DNA of 64,000 bases from an uncultured bacterium (GCA_965368975.1 CBDUPA010000001.1:768001-832000), one strand, 5' to 3'; positions 44,214 to 57,527 are shown, counted from the stretch's first letter. A program made the numbers and translations. Notes: a model not told the origin generated them from the sequence alone.

Positions 44214-46349
44214 ATGAGACGGATGTCTACCGGCCTACAGCGTGCTGTCGTGTCGGTGCTGGTGATGGTTAGTTCTATCTGGGCTAGCTCCGTCTCGGCC
44301 CGTGTCGACTCAGCAGAAGTTCCGGGCAATGTGGTGCTGATCACGCTCGACACGACGCGTGCCGATCACCTCGGTGCCTACGGTTGGTCGCACGCTCGTA
44401 CCCCCCACCTGGACGCGTTGGCGGCACGCGGCACGCGCTTCGAACGCTGTGACACCGTGGCGCCGATCACCCTACCCAGCCACAGTAGCCTGCTCACCGG
44501 CCTGCTACCGCCGCGCCACGGCGTGCGCGACAACGCTACCTTTGTCCTGCCGTCCGAGATCCAGACGATCACCACACGCCTGCGCGCCGCCGGTTTCGAC
44601 ACCGGGGCGGTGGTGTCGGCGGTGGTGCTGGCCCGCCGTCACGGTCTGGACCAGGGTTTCCGTCTCTACGATGACGATCTCGGCTCCGGCTACACGGCCG
44701 GCACGGTGGTGGGGGAGCGGCAAGCCGAAGATACGACGCTGGCCGCCCAGCGTTTGCTGCAACAGCTGAAGCCCCCCTTCTTCTTGTGGGTGCACTACTT
44801 CGACCCGCACGAGGAATACCGACCGCCGACCCAGTTCGCCGATGCCGCCACCGGCCCGCATCGCCGCTACGATGGCGAGATCGCCTACATGGACGCGCAG
44901 GTGGGCGCGCTGCTCGACACGTTGCCCGAGCGCACGCACGTCGCGGTGGTCGGGGATCACGGGGAGATGCTTGGTGACCACGGGGAGTTGACGCACGGCT
45001 TGTTGCTCTACCAGGGAGCGCGCCGCGTGCCGCTGCTGCTGGCGGGGCCCGACGTGCCTACTGGTCACGTCCACAGCTGCCTGGTACGTACCACCGACGT
45101 CGCACCGACGTTACTGCAGTTCGCCGGCGTCGAGATTCCGGCGGGGCTGGACGGCGAGAGCTTGTTGCCGCTGCTGCCGTCGGCGGCCTCCGCGGTCGAC
45201 GATGGGGTACCGGAGTGCCGCGACCGCCTGAGTTACAGCGAGAGCTTCCTGCCGTTTTTCGCCTACCAGTGGTATCCGCTGCGCACCCTGTCCAACGGCC
45301 GCTTTCTCTTCCTACAGGCGCCGGAGAGCAGCCTCTACCAACTCAGCACCGATCCAGGGGAGGTGCGCGATCTGGCCGCCGAGCAGCCGGCGGCAGTACG
45401 TCTCTGGCAGAAGCGGATGCGCGACGTGCTGGCCGAGATGGGGGAGGATCTGGAAGGTGAGATGCGACCCGAGAACGTGATCAGCGACGAGCAGCGTTCG
45501 CAGCTGGAGAGCTTGGGCTATTTGGGAGGTGGCGGCGGTGGAGCGGTGGCGGCCGAGTTGCCGGATCCGCGCACCATGACCGATGTGGCGCAGCAGCTCC
45601 ACGAAGCTTTCGAGCGTGTACAACAAGGTGAGTGCGAGGACGTTCTGCGCACGTTGCAGACCATTGTGCAGCGCGACGCTCACAATTTCCCGGCGCTCAG
45701 CCTGGCGGCCACCTGTCTGCGGGACGGTGGCCGTGTCGAGGACGCCCTGGCGCTCTTCCGGCGCGCTGCCGAGGTCAACCCGCTGTCGCCCAATCCGGTC
45801 GCCAACATCGCTGGTTGCTTGCTGCTGCTCGGCCGCCAGGCTGAAGCCGAAGCCGAGTACCGGCGCGCGTTGGCGCTGGACCCGACGATCGCCGAAGCAG
45901 CGACCAACCTGGCGCGCTTGCTGCGGCAGGCTCGACGCCAGCCACAGGCGCTGACGGTGCTCACTGGCGCCCTCGACGCCGGCAGCCATGATCCCCGGGT
46001 CTACCTGGAGCGCGGGCTGATCTACACCGAGTTGGGGCGGCTAGAGCCGGCGCTCGACGACTTCCGCGAAGCCAGCCGGCGCCAGCCGACGGACGTCACC
46101 TCGCTCGAAAACGCCGCCCGCACCGCCTACCATCTGCGACGGTCGGGCGAAGCGGCCAGTTACTATGAGCGCTTGTTGCTGCTCGAACCGCGGCGCCTGG
46201 ATCTGTGGAAAACACTCGGCGCCGTCTATCACTTCGAGCTGGGCAAGCGAGAGGACGCTCTACGCTGCTTCCGCCGGGCGCTCACGTTGGAGATCGACCC
46301 GGCGGAACGGGGGCAGCTGGAGCAGCTGGTGGCCCAGCTGAGCGGGTAA
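44214..46349 (+). CDS. Sulfatase-like hydrolase with C-terminal TPR repeats
   Basis: TLDTTRADH, ITLPSH..LLTG, HYFDPH, YDGEI, GDHGE and LESLGYL, followed by TPRs; GAGGAGG RBS. Confidence 0.9.
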   Translation: MRRMSTGLQRAVVSVLVMVSSIWASSVSARVDSAEVPGNVVLITLDTTRADHLGAYGWSHARTPHLDALAARGTRFERCDTVAPITLPSHSSLLTGLLPPRHGVRDNATFVLPSEIQTITTRLRAAGFDTGAVVSAVVLARRHGLDQGFRLYDDDLGSGYTAGTVVGERQAEDTTLAAQRLLQQLKPPFFLWVHYFDPHEEYRPPTQFADAATGPHRRYDGEIAYMDAQVGALLDTLPERTHVAVVGDHGEMLGDHGELTHGLLLYQGARRVPLLLAGPDVPTGHVHSCLVRTTDVAPTLLQFAGVEIPAGLDGESLLPLLPSAASAVDDGVPECRDRLSYSESFLPFFAYQWYPLRTLSNGRFLFLQAPESSLYQLSTDPGEVRDLAAEQPAAVRLWQKRMRDVLAEMGEDLEGEMRPENVISDEQRSQLESLGYLGGGGGGAVAAELPDPRTMTDVAQQLHEAFERVQQGECEDVLRTLQTIVQRDAHNFPALSLAATCLRDGGRVEDALALFRRAAEVNPLSPNPVANIAGCLLLLGRQAEAEAEYRRALALDPTIAEAATNLARLLRQARRQPQALTVLTGALDAGSHDPRVYLERGLIYTELGRLEPALDDFREASRRQPTDVTSLENAARTAYHLRRSGEAASYYERLLLLEPRRLDLWKTLGAVYHFELGKREDALRCFRRALTLEIDPAERGQLEQLVAQLSG

Positions 46350-46353
46350 CGGC

Positions 46354-46785
46354 TCAGCCGCTGCCGCCGCTTTCGCGCCGGTTGATGATCTCCGGATCGC
46401 TGGCGAACACTGTGTCTCGATCCCGGCCGCGCTGTAGGCGGACATAGATCTTGTATGGGTATCTCTGTTCCTTCTCTCCGACGGCCAGGGCAGCGGCGTT
46501 GACTGGCCGGTTGGTATTGACCGTGGTGACGCTTAGACCATTGGGATGGACGCGGGGGATCTTGATCTCGCACTCGGCACCCACCGGGTCCAGGAAGCCG
46601 ATGAATTCAAAGCGCCAGAGCCGAGTGTTGCCGCCGGCCTGTACCCACTCGATGTCGACGACCTCTCCCGGGTCCACGTAGACCTCATCGGGCTCGGCGA
46701 TGACGGCTGGCTGTTTGTCGGGATCGAAGAAAACTTGGATTTGAATCTTGCGGCTGACACTGGCCGCGCCGGGATTACTCGGCAT
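46354..46785 (-). CDS. Small beta-rich cytoplasmic protein with C-terminal DPEIIN motif
   Basis: ATG 46785 with AAGGAG RBS; 143 aa. The 5' extension in the ORF track overlaps the kinase and was trimmed. Confidence 0.75.
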   Translation of the reverse strand: MPSNPGAASVSRKIQIQVFFDPDKQPAVIAEPDEVYVDPGEVVDIEWVQAGGNTRLWRFEFIGFLDPVGAECEIKIPRVHPNGLSVTTVNTNRPVNAAALAVGEKEQRYPYKIYVRLQRGRDRDTVFASDPEIINRRESGGSG

Positions 46786-46906
46786 CGAATGTCTCCTTGC
46801 GTGCGGGAGCCCGCGGGGGGCGCCCGGGTCAACGGGAGTGTTGGAAGCTTCTGAAGGTTGGAAACTCCAGCATAGCAGAAGTAGCTCCGTGCTCTCCGAG
46901 AGCTGT

Positions 46907-49609
<2,703 letters not shown>

Positions 49610-49624
49610 AGCCGCGCGGAGGGA

Positions 49625-49984
49625 TCAGAGCTCGGCGATCTTGTCGAGCAACTGTTTGTGGTCGAAGGGCTTCTTGATGTAGGCGGCGGCGCCGGCCGAC
49701 ATCGCCCGTTCGGTGTCTTCTTCTTTGCCCTCGGTGCTGATGATCACCACCGGAATGTCGGCGAAGGCCGAGTCAGCCTTGATTTTCTGCAAGAACTCGA
49801 GGCCGTTCATGTTGGGCATGTTGATGTCCAGCAGGATGAGTTCTGCGTCGGCGTGTTCGCCGAGCATGCTCAATCCTTCTCGGCCGTCATGAGCGTGTAC
49901 GACATTGTACTGGCGCAGCATGACGTTGAACATCTTGTGGATCAGCTTGGAGTCGTCGACGACCAGGATCTTTGACGGCTGCAC
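49625..49984 (-). CDS. cheY: Single-domain response regulator, CheY-like
   Basis: VVDD, LLDINMP, IST and KKPF; GTG start with AGGAGG RBS. Confidence 0.85.
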   Translation of the reverse strand: MQPSKILVVDDSKLIHKMFNVMLRQYNVVHAHDGREGLSMLGEHADAELILLDINMPNMNGLEFLQKIKADSAFADIPVVIISTEGKEEDTERAMSAGAAAYIKKPFDHKQLLDKIAEL

Positions 49985-50359
49985 GGAACCTCCTGCCAGT
50001 GGCTCTTTCTTGAAGGCCGGTTTCTCAACGGCCAGTAACTGTTCTCAAGGGGGTGAGATCTGCTCGTTCGATCGGAGTCTCTGACTTCGAGGCGCCTCCA
50101 GGGGGGCCGAGGTGCCAGGTTCGAGACGGACCTTCAACTCTCCGAAGGCAAGCGTAGCCGAAGCGCCGGGCCGGTTGCAACATACAGCGTCCGTGATGCG
50201 TCTCTTCGACGGCACTTGACAACCGAGGTTGGCGGCGAAACACTTCCGACTGCTGAAGCTCCGGCTGCTCGGTTGTTGCCCCGCTCGGGTACGTTCCTGA
50301 GCCTGATGGTTCGGGCCGGGTGAGTCGTGCGGATGTTCGGAGGGTGGAGGGTCGATCCG

Positions 50360-51988
50360 TTGGATACTGCATTCCAAGAGCTACTCGAAGATTTTCACCT
50401 CGAGGCCCGGGAGCGCTTGGACAGCGTCGAGGAATTGCTGCTGTCCCTGGCTTCCCAGGACGAGTCCGCCCGCCGTGAATCCATGAACCAGGCTCGTCGC
50501 GAGTTGCACACTTTGAAGGGCAACTCCGGCATGATGGGGTTCAGTGAACTCCAGGAGTTGGCGCACGGCATGGAGGATCGGGTCGACGAACTCGATCCGA
50601 TGGCGCCAGAGGTGGTGGAGCTGCTGCAAGGCGTCGACCGCTTCCGCCAGTTGTTGCACCAGGAAGTGGGCTCGCAACTGGGCGAAGGTGACGACGTTGG
50701 CGACAAAGCGGCCGTCGCGGCGGCAACCGGCAAGGTCGCGGAGACTGGGCAACTGGAGGCCAGTCAGGAGCTGGCGTCTGGCAGTGTGCGCGTGCCGTTC
50801 ACCGAGCTGGATGGTCTGGTGGAGTTGCTGGCGGAGGTACTGCTGTATCGCAATCGTCTGAGTGACTCTCTGGATCGCTTGCACAGCACTCTGCCGTTGC
50901 TGACCAAGGAAATGGCCGATGCCTGGGACGACGTCGGCGATGTCCGGCTGTCGTTCGAGAAGGTGTTGGACTTTCTGCAAGACCGTGTACTGCAGCTGCG
51001 TATGGTGCCGCTGCAGACCCTCTTCCGCCACCTCAATCGAATTGTCCACGACGAAAGTGCCCGCGAAGGCAAGCACGTACGACTGGACACGGAGGGTGGC
51101 GAAACACCGCTCGACAAGGCGCTGCTGGAACTGGCCAGCGAGGCGCTCGGTCACCTGGTGCGCAATGCCGTCAACCACGGTATCGAGGCTCCGTCGGAGC
51201 GCGAGAAGAGCGGCAAGCCGGAGCAGGGGACGATCCGCCTGTCGGCATCGGTGCACGGTCAGGAAGTGCACATCGAGGTGCGCGACGACGGCAGTGGCAT
51301 CGATCCGGAGGTGCTGCGCAAGAGTGCCCAGGAACGGGGGCTCGAGGTCGGTGACGGAGCTAGCGCGGCGGAACTCTACAAGCTCCTTTTCTTAGCTGGC
51401 TTCTCGACGAAAGAGGGGGCCGTCGATCTGTCGGCCGGCCGCGGTATCGGCCTGTCGGCGGTATCGGAGGCGGTCCGTCGACACGGTGGTCGCGTCGAGG
51501 TCGACTCGGATCTTGGCGCGGGAACCCGCTTCTTGCTGCGCCTGCCGCTGTCGGTGTCGATCACCCGTGCGCTCTTCTTGCGCGCCGACGGGGAAGAGTA
51601 CGCTCTGCCACTGGGGGCGGTGGTCGAGAGCTTGCACTACCGGCGCGATGTCTCCAGCCGCGTGCGCCAGACCGAGATCTTCGAGTGGCGCGGGCACTTG
51701 CTACCGGTGCTCGATGTGGGTACCTGCTTCGGCACTGCCAGGGCGTCGCGCGGCCAGGGTTTCGTGGTCGTGATAGAGGCTCTCGGCCGCTACCGAGCAC
51801 TCGTGGTCGACGAGTTGACCGGAATCCGTGACATCGTGGTCAAGGGCCTAGATCCTCTGCTCGGCTCGCCACGCGGTATTTCGGGTTCCAACATCATGGG
51901 CGATGGCCGTGTGGTGTTGATTCTGGACCCGCCGGCGCTGACGGAGATCAGCATCGAGAACCAGGCAGCCGAGGAGCCTTCCGCATGA
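50360..51988 (+). CDS. cheA: Chemosensory histidine kinase (Hpt, dimerisation, HATPase, CheW; no P2)
   Basis: LHTLKG, RMVP, HLVRNAVNHG, DDGSG, GFST, GRGIGL and LPLS; TTG start after GGAGG. Confidence 0.93.
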   Translation: MDTAFQELLEDFHLEARERLDSVEELLLSLASQDESARRESMNQARRELHTLKGNSGMMGFSELQELAHGMEDRVDELDPMAPEVVELLQGVDRFRQLLHQEVGSQLGEGDDVGDKAAVAAATGKVAETGQLEASQELASGSVRVPFTELDGLVELLAEVLLYRNRLSDSLDRLHSTLPLLTKEMADAWDDVGDVRLSFEKVLDFLQDRVLQLRMVPLQTLFRHLNRIVHDESAREGKHVRLDTEGGETPLDKALLELASEALGHLVRNAVNHGIEAPSEREKSGKPEQGTIRLSASVHGQEVHIEVRDDGSGIDPEVLRKSAQERGLEVGDGASAAELYKLLFLAGFSTKEGAVDLSAGRGIGLSAVSEAVRRHGGRVEVDSDLGAGTRFLLRLPLSVSITRALFLRADGEEYALPLGAVVESLHYRRDVSSRVRQTEIFEWRGHLLPVLDVGTCFGTARASRGQGFVVVIEALGRYRALVVDELTGIRDIVVKGLDPLLGSPRGISGSNIMGDGRVVLILDPPALTEISIENQAAEEPSA

Positions 51989-54453
51989 GTGCTGCCGTCG
52001 CCGCGGAGTCCGCTGTATCTGGAGAGAAGCGGGGTCCTGGTACCTCTAGGGGCAAGGCGGTCGCGTCCGGGGTTGGTCAGGCACGTTCGTGGCTACTGCT
52101 CGACGCCGAGGGAGCGCTCTGTGGCCTGCCGGTGGAGCGCATCACTGAAGTGCTGTCCGACGAGATCATGCGGGCACCGGATGCTGGTGCACCTGCGGAG
52201 GTCTGCGGCGTCGTCGAGATGCACCATCGGCGGGTACCGGTGATCGACTTGGGACGACGTCTGGGCGTCCCACTCGAGCATTCGGGCCGCGTGTTGGTCG
52301 TCGAATCGCAAGGCCGCCAGCTCGGCTTGCGGGTAGGCAGGGTATTGCAGATGGTGTCGCTACCAGCGGAGGTGTTGCAGAGCTTGCCGCCGCTGGCGCG
52401 CACACCGGCGAATGAATTCGTGGCCGGAGTAGCGCCGGCCGACAACGACGGATGGCTGTTATTGCTGGATATCGACGGGCTGTTTCGTATTCGGGAACAG
52501 CTGTTCGACGTGCGAGAGAAAGGCTTGGGAGCTATGGCGAATCAAGAGGAAGCGGATCAGGTCCAAGAGCCGAGCTGGCAGGAATGCATCGAATTGCTCG
52601 ATCATTTGCCAAGCATGGATTTGGAGGAGCGCGTGCGCTCGCTGGAACGCCTGGTGCGCAACTCCAGTCCGGGGATCCGCAGCCGGGCGCTGCGCATGGG
52701 CGCGGCGGTGCTGGCAGATGAGACCTTGGTCACGTACCTGCGCAACGATGCTGATGGCGTGTTGCGCAACGCCGGTCTGGAAATGCTCAAGATGCGCGGC
52801 AATCGCGGCTTCTCGCTGTCGGTCGAGCTGCTGCGTGATCCCGACCCCGACGTCGCGTTGCAGGCCGTGCTGGTGCTGGATCACCTCAAGGATCCACGCG
52901 CTCTAGAACCGCTGCGCGGGCAACTGCGCCACGAAGATCCGAACATCGTGCAGGCCGTGATCACCGCCATCGGTCACCTCGGTGACGCACGCACCATCCC
53001 CGATCTGCTGCCCTTCTTGGAGAGTGATCCGTGGCTGCAGGCGGCGGCGATCGAAGCCTTGGGTGACGTCCGCTCTCCGGTTGCCGTCGAGCATCTCGAC
53101 GGCATCCTGAGCGACATGATGATGGGGCCGCTGGCAGCCGAGGCGCTGGCTCGCATCGGTGGTGTCAAGGCCTACCGCTCGCTCGGTCGCTACTGGCTGG
53201 ACAATACCGACGAGGTGGATGAAGAGACCGTTGTCGGCCTGCTGGCCCACGTGCTCGAAGGCCTGCCGCGTTTCCCGCAGTTGCTCGACGGCCTTGGCCC
53301 GGCGCTCAGCAAGCTACTGCACGGCGAGGACACGTCCCTGCGGGCGTCGGCAGCACGTGCGCTGCTGGCCCTGGGACCGTCCGACGAGGACACGCCAGCA
53401 CTGTCGACGCTGGTCGAGATCCAGCAGGAAGCGACCTTGCTTCCGGCGTGCCTGTCGGAGCGACAGGACTTGATCGCGCAGCTGCTGGCGGCCGAGGATC
53501 GGCGGCGGGCGTGGGGGCTGCTGCTGTGTGCCCGCTTCCCCAAGGCAGTGCCGATCGACGCTCTGGTGACTGCGCTCGGAGCCCCGCTGAGCGAGGACTG
53601 GCTGGATCTGACCGCGGTCACGCTGTCCAAGTTGCGCGCCCGGCGCGTGGCGGAGGCACTGCTCGATCTCTACCTGCAGTTGCCACCGGCTCACCGGCCG
53701 CAGCTGGCGCCAGCGCTGACCGTGCACAAGAGTTCGCTGCGCCAGCTGATGGAGGAGCGTGAGCTGGGGGTGGCCATACGATTGGTCCTCGACTCCACTC
53801 TCGGTGAAACCAGTGACAGCCTGGAGGCGGAGTTGGAGGCGCTGAGCGACGAAGAGCGTCTGGGAGTCCTGTCGCAGCTCGGTGAACGCGAGACGGTGCT
53901 GCGGCAGCTGCCCTGGCAGCGTTGGCTCGAAGCGCGTCCCGAGTTCTACGGACCTCTGGCTGCCGAAGCGGCGTTGGCATCCGGCTTGCGCGCGCTGTTG
54001 CCGTCGCTACGTCGCGTTCTGGAACTGACGCCGAGCCCAGAGCTGGTGCGCGCGATGGGGGAACTGGGCGACCGTGAAAGCGTGCCGCTGTTGGTGGACC
54101 TCCTCGGGCGCGGCGACAGCGACTACGAGCCGGTTTTGCTCGAGAGCCTGGGGCGTATCGGTGGTCCCGAGGTGCGGGCAACCCTGCGCGAGGTCGCCGA
54201 GAGCGATGACGATTCCCGCTCGCGCATCGCCTACAAGTCGTTGTCACTGTGCGCTGTGGAAGACGACGATGCCTTCTTCCGCGCTGCTGTCGACCACGAG
54301 GATTGGTACGTGCGGCTGGCCTGCGCCGAGGTGCTCGGGCGCTTCCACCGCCCTGAGAACCTGGCAGTCCTGGCCCAGCTTGCGGCCGACCCGGTGCCGA
54401 TTGTGGCGCAGCGGGCGATGGCGGTTCTCGATCCGGAGGCCGGAGGCAAGTGA
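51985..54453 (+). CDS. CheW domain fused to a HEAT-repeat domain
   Basis: N-terminal CheW (GLPVERITEV, VPVIDL, GLRV, LLLD) followed by ~630 aa of HEAT/PBS-lyase-like repeats; ATGA overlap with cheA. Confidence 0.85.
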   Translation: MSAAVAAESAVSGEKRGPGTSRGKAVASGVGQARSWLLLDAEGALCGLPVERITEVLSDEIMRAPDAGAPAEVCGVVEMHHRRVPVIDLGRRLGVPLEHSGRVLVVESQGRQLGLRVGRVLQMVSLPAEVLQSLPPLARTPANEFVAGVAPADNDGWLLLLDIDGLFRIREQLFDVREKGLGAMANQEEADQVQEPSWQECIELLDHLPSMDLEERVRSLERLVRNSSPGIRSRALRMGAAVLADETLVTYLRNDADGVLRNAGLEMLKMRGNRGFSLSVELLRDPDPDVALQAVLVLDHLKDPRALEPLRGQLRHEDPNIVQAVITAIGHLGDARTIPDLLPFLESDPWLQAAAIEALGDVRSPVAVEHLDGILSDMMMGPLAAEALARIGGVKAYRSLGRYWLDNTDEVDEETVVGLLAHVLEGLPRFPQLLDGLGPALSKLLHGEDTSLRASAARALLALGPSDEDTPALSTLVEIQQEATLLPACLSERQDLIAQLLAAEDRRRAWGLLLCARFPKAVPIDALVTALGAPLSEDWLDLTAVTLSKLRARRVAEALLDLYLQLPPAHRPQLAPALTVHKSSLRQLMEERELGVAIRLVLDSTLGETSDSLEAELEALSDEERLGVLSQLGERETVLRQLPWQRWLEARPEFYGPLAAEAALASGLRALLPSLRRVLELTPSPELVRAMGELGDRESVPLLVDLLGRGDSDYEPVLLESLGRIGGPEVRATLREVAESDDDSRSRIAYKSLSLCAVEDDDAFFRAAVDHEDWYVRLACAEVLGRFHRPENLAVLAQLAADPVPIVAQRAMAVLDPEAGGK

Positions 54454-54510
54454 GGTATTCCCTTGAGTATGGGCCCCAGGAGACATCTCGGTGAGATGTA
54501 CCAGTGAGGT

Positions 54511-55368
54511 GTGCACGTGAGGTATGACATCGCGGAGCTCACTCGTGAAGAGCAAGCGCTGATCAACGAAGTGATCTCGGCGGAGTTCGGCCTGCATTTT
54601 CCCGAGGGCAAGGCGCAGATCTTGGCGTCGCGTCTGGAGCCCCGGCTGCGTGAGCTACGCCTCAAGCGGTTCCTCGACTACTACCTCAAGTTGCAGTATT
54701 CGCTGCACCTGGAGCGCGAACACTTGGTGCGACTGCTGACCAACAACGAGACCTACTTCTTTCGCGAGAAGGCGCAGTTCGAAGCCCTCTTTGGCCCGGC
54801 GATGCCCGAGCTGGTGGCCGGCTGCATCATTCCCGGCAAGTTGCGCATTCTGTCGTCCGGCTGCTCGTCCGGCGAGGAGCCGCACACCATCAACATTTAT
54901 GCGCGTGAGAACCGCTTCCAACTGCCCAAGGTGCAGGTGTCGGTGGATGCCTTCGACTTGGACGAAGAGCGCCTGGCGATCGCACGCTCGGCCGAGTACC
55001 CCCAGCGCTCCCTACGGGCGATGGAAGCCGATCGCATTGGCCGCTACTTCAGGACCGAAGACGAGAAGGCGTTCCTACTCAAAGAGCCGTACCGTGAGGG
55101 AGTGCGCTTTCGTAGCGGCAACATCATGGATCCCGCGGCGTTCATCGGGCCGGGGTATTATGATGTGATCTTCTGTCGGAACGTGATGATCTACTTCTCT
55201 GAACCGGCGGTGCGACGGGCTATCGACAACTTCGCCAACGCCTTGCGTCCCGGGGGCTTGTTGTTCCTGGGACACTCCGAGTCGATCATCGGCATGTCGC
55301 CGCGGCTCAAGACCGTACGCCTCGGCAATTGCATCGCCTACCGGAGAGTCGAACCGACCGAGGCCTGA
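54511..55368 (+). CDS. cheR: Chemotaxis methyltransferase
   Basis: TNNETYFFRE, SSGCSSGEEP, IFCRNVMIYF and LGHSES. Start approximate. Confidence 0.93.
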   Translation: MHVRYDIAELTREEQALINEVISAEFGLHFPEGKAQILASRLEPRLRELRLKRFLDYYLKLQYSLHLEREHLVRLLTNNETYFFREKAQFEALFGPAMPELVAGCIIPGKLRILSSGCSSGEEPHTINIYARENRFQLPKVQVSVDAFDLDEERLAIARSAEYPQRSLRAMEADRIGRYFRTEDEKAFLLKEPYREGVRFRSGNIMDPAAFIGPGYYDVIFCRNVMIYFSEPAVRRAIDNFANALRPGGLLFLGHSESIIGMSPRLKTVRLGNCIAYRRVEPTEA

Positions 55369-55393
55369 GCTGCCGGTCGCGCGTGGAATCATC

Positions 55394-56602
55394 TTGAGTA
55401 AGCAACGCCCCCTACCCCCGTCTTCCTCCCGTGCCGCCGGTGGTGGTTCGCCCGGCAAGAAAGCCGGCCGCCGCGGTTCGCCGCTGCGGGTGGCCGTGGT
55501 CGACGACTCGAGTTTCGTGCGGCGCGCCATCGCGCGCATGCTCGGGGACGATCCTCGTCTCGAAATCGTTGGGCAGGCCTCCTCGGGCGAAGAACTGCTG
55601 GCGCAGCTGGAACACTGGCAGCCGGACGTCATCACCCTCGACCTCTCGATGCCGGGTATGGGGGGGCTGCAGACGCTCGATCGCATCATGTCGCAGCGCC
55701 CGACGCCGGTCATCATCCTGTCGACGCACTCCGCCAAGGACGCGCCGTTGACCATCGAGGCGCTGCACCGCGGTGCCATGGATTTCATCGACAAGCAGCG
55801 TTACTCGCTGGTCGACTTCGAGTCGCTGCGCGCCGTCATCACGGAGAAGATTCTGGAGGTCACCGAGGGAACGGTACCCCTGACCGACAAGACACTGACC
55901 GAGAAGTCGCTGCTCCAAGACGTGTCGACGCCCGAGCCGGTGCCCGAAGAAGCCGCCGTACAAGGTGACCCCAAAGAGCTGTGTTCCAAGTACTTCGATC
56001 TTCTGTTGGTGGGAGCCTCTACCGGCGGTCCGCCGACGATCCAGCGCCTGCTGCAAGATCTCGGCCCCGAAGTGCCTGTGCCCGTGGCGATCGTGCAACA
56101 CATGCCGCAGGGGTTCACCAAGGCCTTCGCCGAGCGGCTCAATGCCGTGTTGCCGCTGCAGGTGCACGAGGCGATCGACGGTGAACCGTTGTTGCCGGCC
56201 CACGTGTATATCGCGCCGGCCGGCCTGCACTTGCGCTTTTCGACCAGCGATGACCGCTACCTGGTGTCGTTGGAAGCAGAACCCGCGGACGTCACGCACC
56301 GACCTTCTGTCGACGTGCTCTACGAAGCCGCCGCCAAGACCGTTGGTTCGCGCGTGTTGGCCGTGTTGATGACCGGGATGGGCAGTGACGGCGCCGTGGG
56401 CATGATGCGATTGCGCCACAAAGGAGCCTATACGGTGGTGCAGGATCAGGACAGCTGCGTCGTCTACGGCATGCCGCGTGCAGCCGTGAAGCTGCAGGCA
56501 GCACGCGAGGAGGTGGCCATGGAGGGCATGGGCAAGCGCCTGCTGGAGATCCTGCACAAGGGACCGGAAACGGGTACCCGACGTGTGCCCAAGCTTGTCT
56601 GA
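55394..56602 (+). CDS. cheB: Chemotaxis methylesterase with receiver domain
   Basis: VDDS and TLDLSMP receiver; GASTGG, QHMP, RPSVD, TGMGSDG and YGMP. Confidence 0.95.
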   Translation: MSKQRPLPPSSSRAAGGGSPGKKAGRRGSPLRVAVVDDSSFVRRAIARMLGDDPRLEIVGQASSGEELLAQLEHWQPDVITLDLSMPGMGGLQTLDRIMSQRPTPVIILSTHSAKDAPLTIEALHRGAMDFIDKQRYSLVDFESLRAVITEKILEVTEGTVPLTDKTLTEKSLLQDVSTPEPVPEEAAVQGDPKELCSKYFDLLLVGASTGGPPTIQRLLQDLGPEVPVPVAIVQHMPQGFTKAFAERLNAVLPLQVHEAIDGEPLLPAHVYIAPAGLHLRFSTSDDRYLVSLEAEPADVTHRPSVDVLYEAAAKTVGSRVLAVLMTGMGSDGAVGMMRLRHKGAYTVVQDQDSCVVYGMPRAAVKLQAAREEVAMEGMGKRLLEILHKGPETGTRRVPKLV

Positions 56603-56693
56603 GGGTCCTGACGCAACGAACGAGATTGAACGAGTCCCAGCCGCCGAACTGCAATTTCATGGCAGACAACTACGAAGAAACGGAAGCCAGCGC

Positions 56694-57431
56694 ATGAGCG
56701 AAAAGCGCAAGCCCAGCACCTCGACCCGCAAACGCGGCAGCAAGGCGTCGCCGTCGAGCAAGTCCTCGACAGCGAAAGCGGCAGCCAGCAAGAAGACGGC
56801 CGATACCGCCGCACAGGCGGCTGCTGCCGAATCGGAAGTCGAGACCTCGACCCCGACCGCTTCGGCGAAAGCAAGTGCGCCCGACGATGTTGCCGGGGCG
56901 ACCTCGGACATCTACGGCTATGCGGATCTCTTGCAGGCCGACCAGGAAGCGGCCGAAGACGAGGAGCGCCGCCAGGAGCGCGAGGAGAGTTGGGTCAGCT
57001 TCCGACTGGCGGAACAGAACTGCGCGCTGCCGGTCGACCAAGTGCAGGAAGTGCTGCGCGTCGGCTCCATCACCCGCGTGCCGCACGCTCCGTCCGCTGT
57101 TCGTGGCGTCACCAATCTGCGCGGCCGCGTCCTGCCGGTGGTCGACTTGCGTCGGCGGCTGGGGCTGCGCGAAACCGAACTCGACGAGCACAGCCGCGTG
57201 CTCGTGGCGGCGTTCAAGAACCGCCCGGTCGGCATGCTGGTCGATGGCGTGCATCAGATGGTCGCGATTCTGCCGAGCACGATCCAGGATACTCCGGAAG
57301 AAGCCGTCCAGCTGCAGGACGAAGTGGTCCACGGGGTCTGCAGCACTCAGGATCGAGGCTTGCTGCTGCTCCTCGACCTGCAGCGCCTCTTGACCCTGTC
57401 CACGGAAACCGCTGACCTCGGGACCCACTGA
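56694..57431 (+). CDS. cheW: CheW coupling protein with a low-complexity K/S/A-rich N-terminal extension
   Basis: VQEV, RVPHAP..VRGVTNLRGRVLPVVDLR and GMLVD. Start taken as ATG 56694. Confidence 0.88.
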   Translation: MSEKRKPSTSTRKRGSKASPSSKSSTAKAAASKKTADTAAQAAAAESEVETSTPTASAKASAPDDVAGATSDIYGYADLLQADQEAAEDEERRQEREESWVSFRLAEQNCALPVDQVQEVLRVGSITRVPHAPSAVRGVTNLRGRVLPVVDLRRRLGLRETELDEHSRVLVAAFKNRPVGMLVDGVHQMVAILPSTIQDTPEEAVQLQDEVVHGVCSTQDRGLLLLLDLQRLLTLSTETADLGTH

Positions 57432-57527
57432 GAAGGTCCTGGAAATGAGCTCTCCATGCGACTCAGAAGCCCCATGAGCCCTGGATACCCCAGTGGTTCC
57501 GGAAGCACAGCTCCAGTAGGATGAACC

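Noticed and set aside
49985-50359. Short ORFs and a possible sigma54 site in the cheY-cheA intergenic region
   Set aside because: The ORFs lack an RBS and coding character, and the GG-N10-GC spacing is not satisfied at the TTGC examined.
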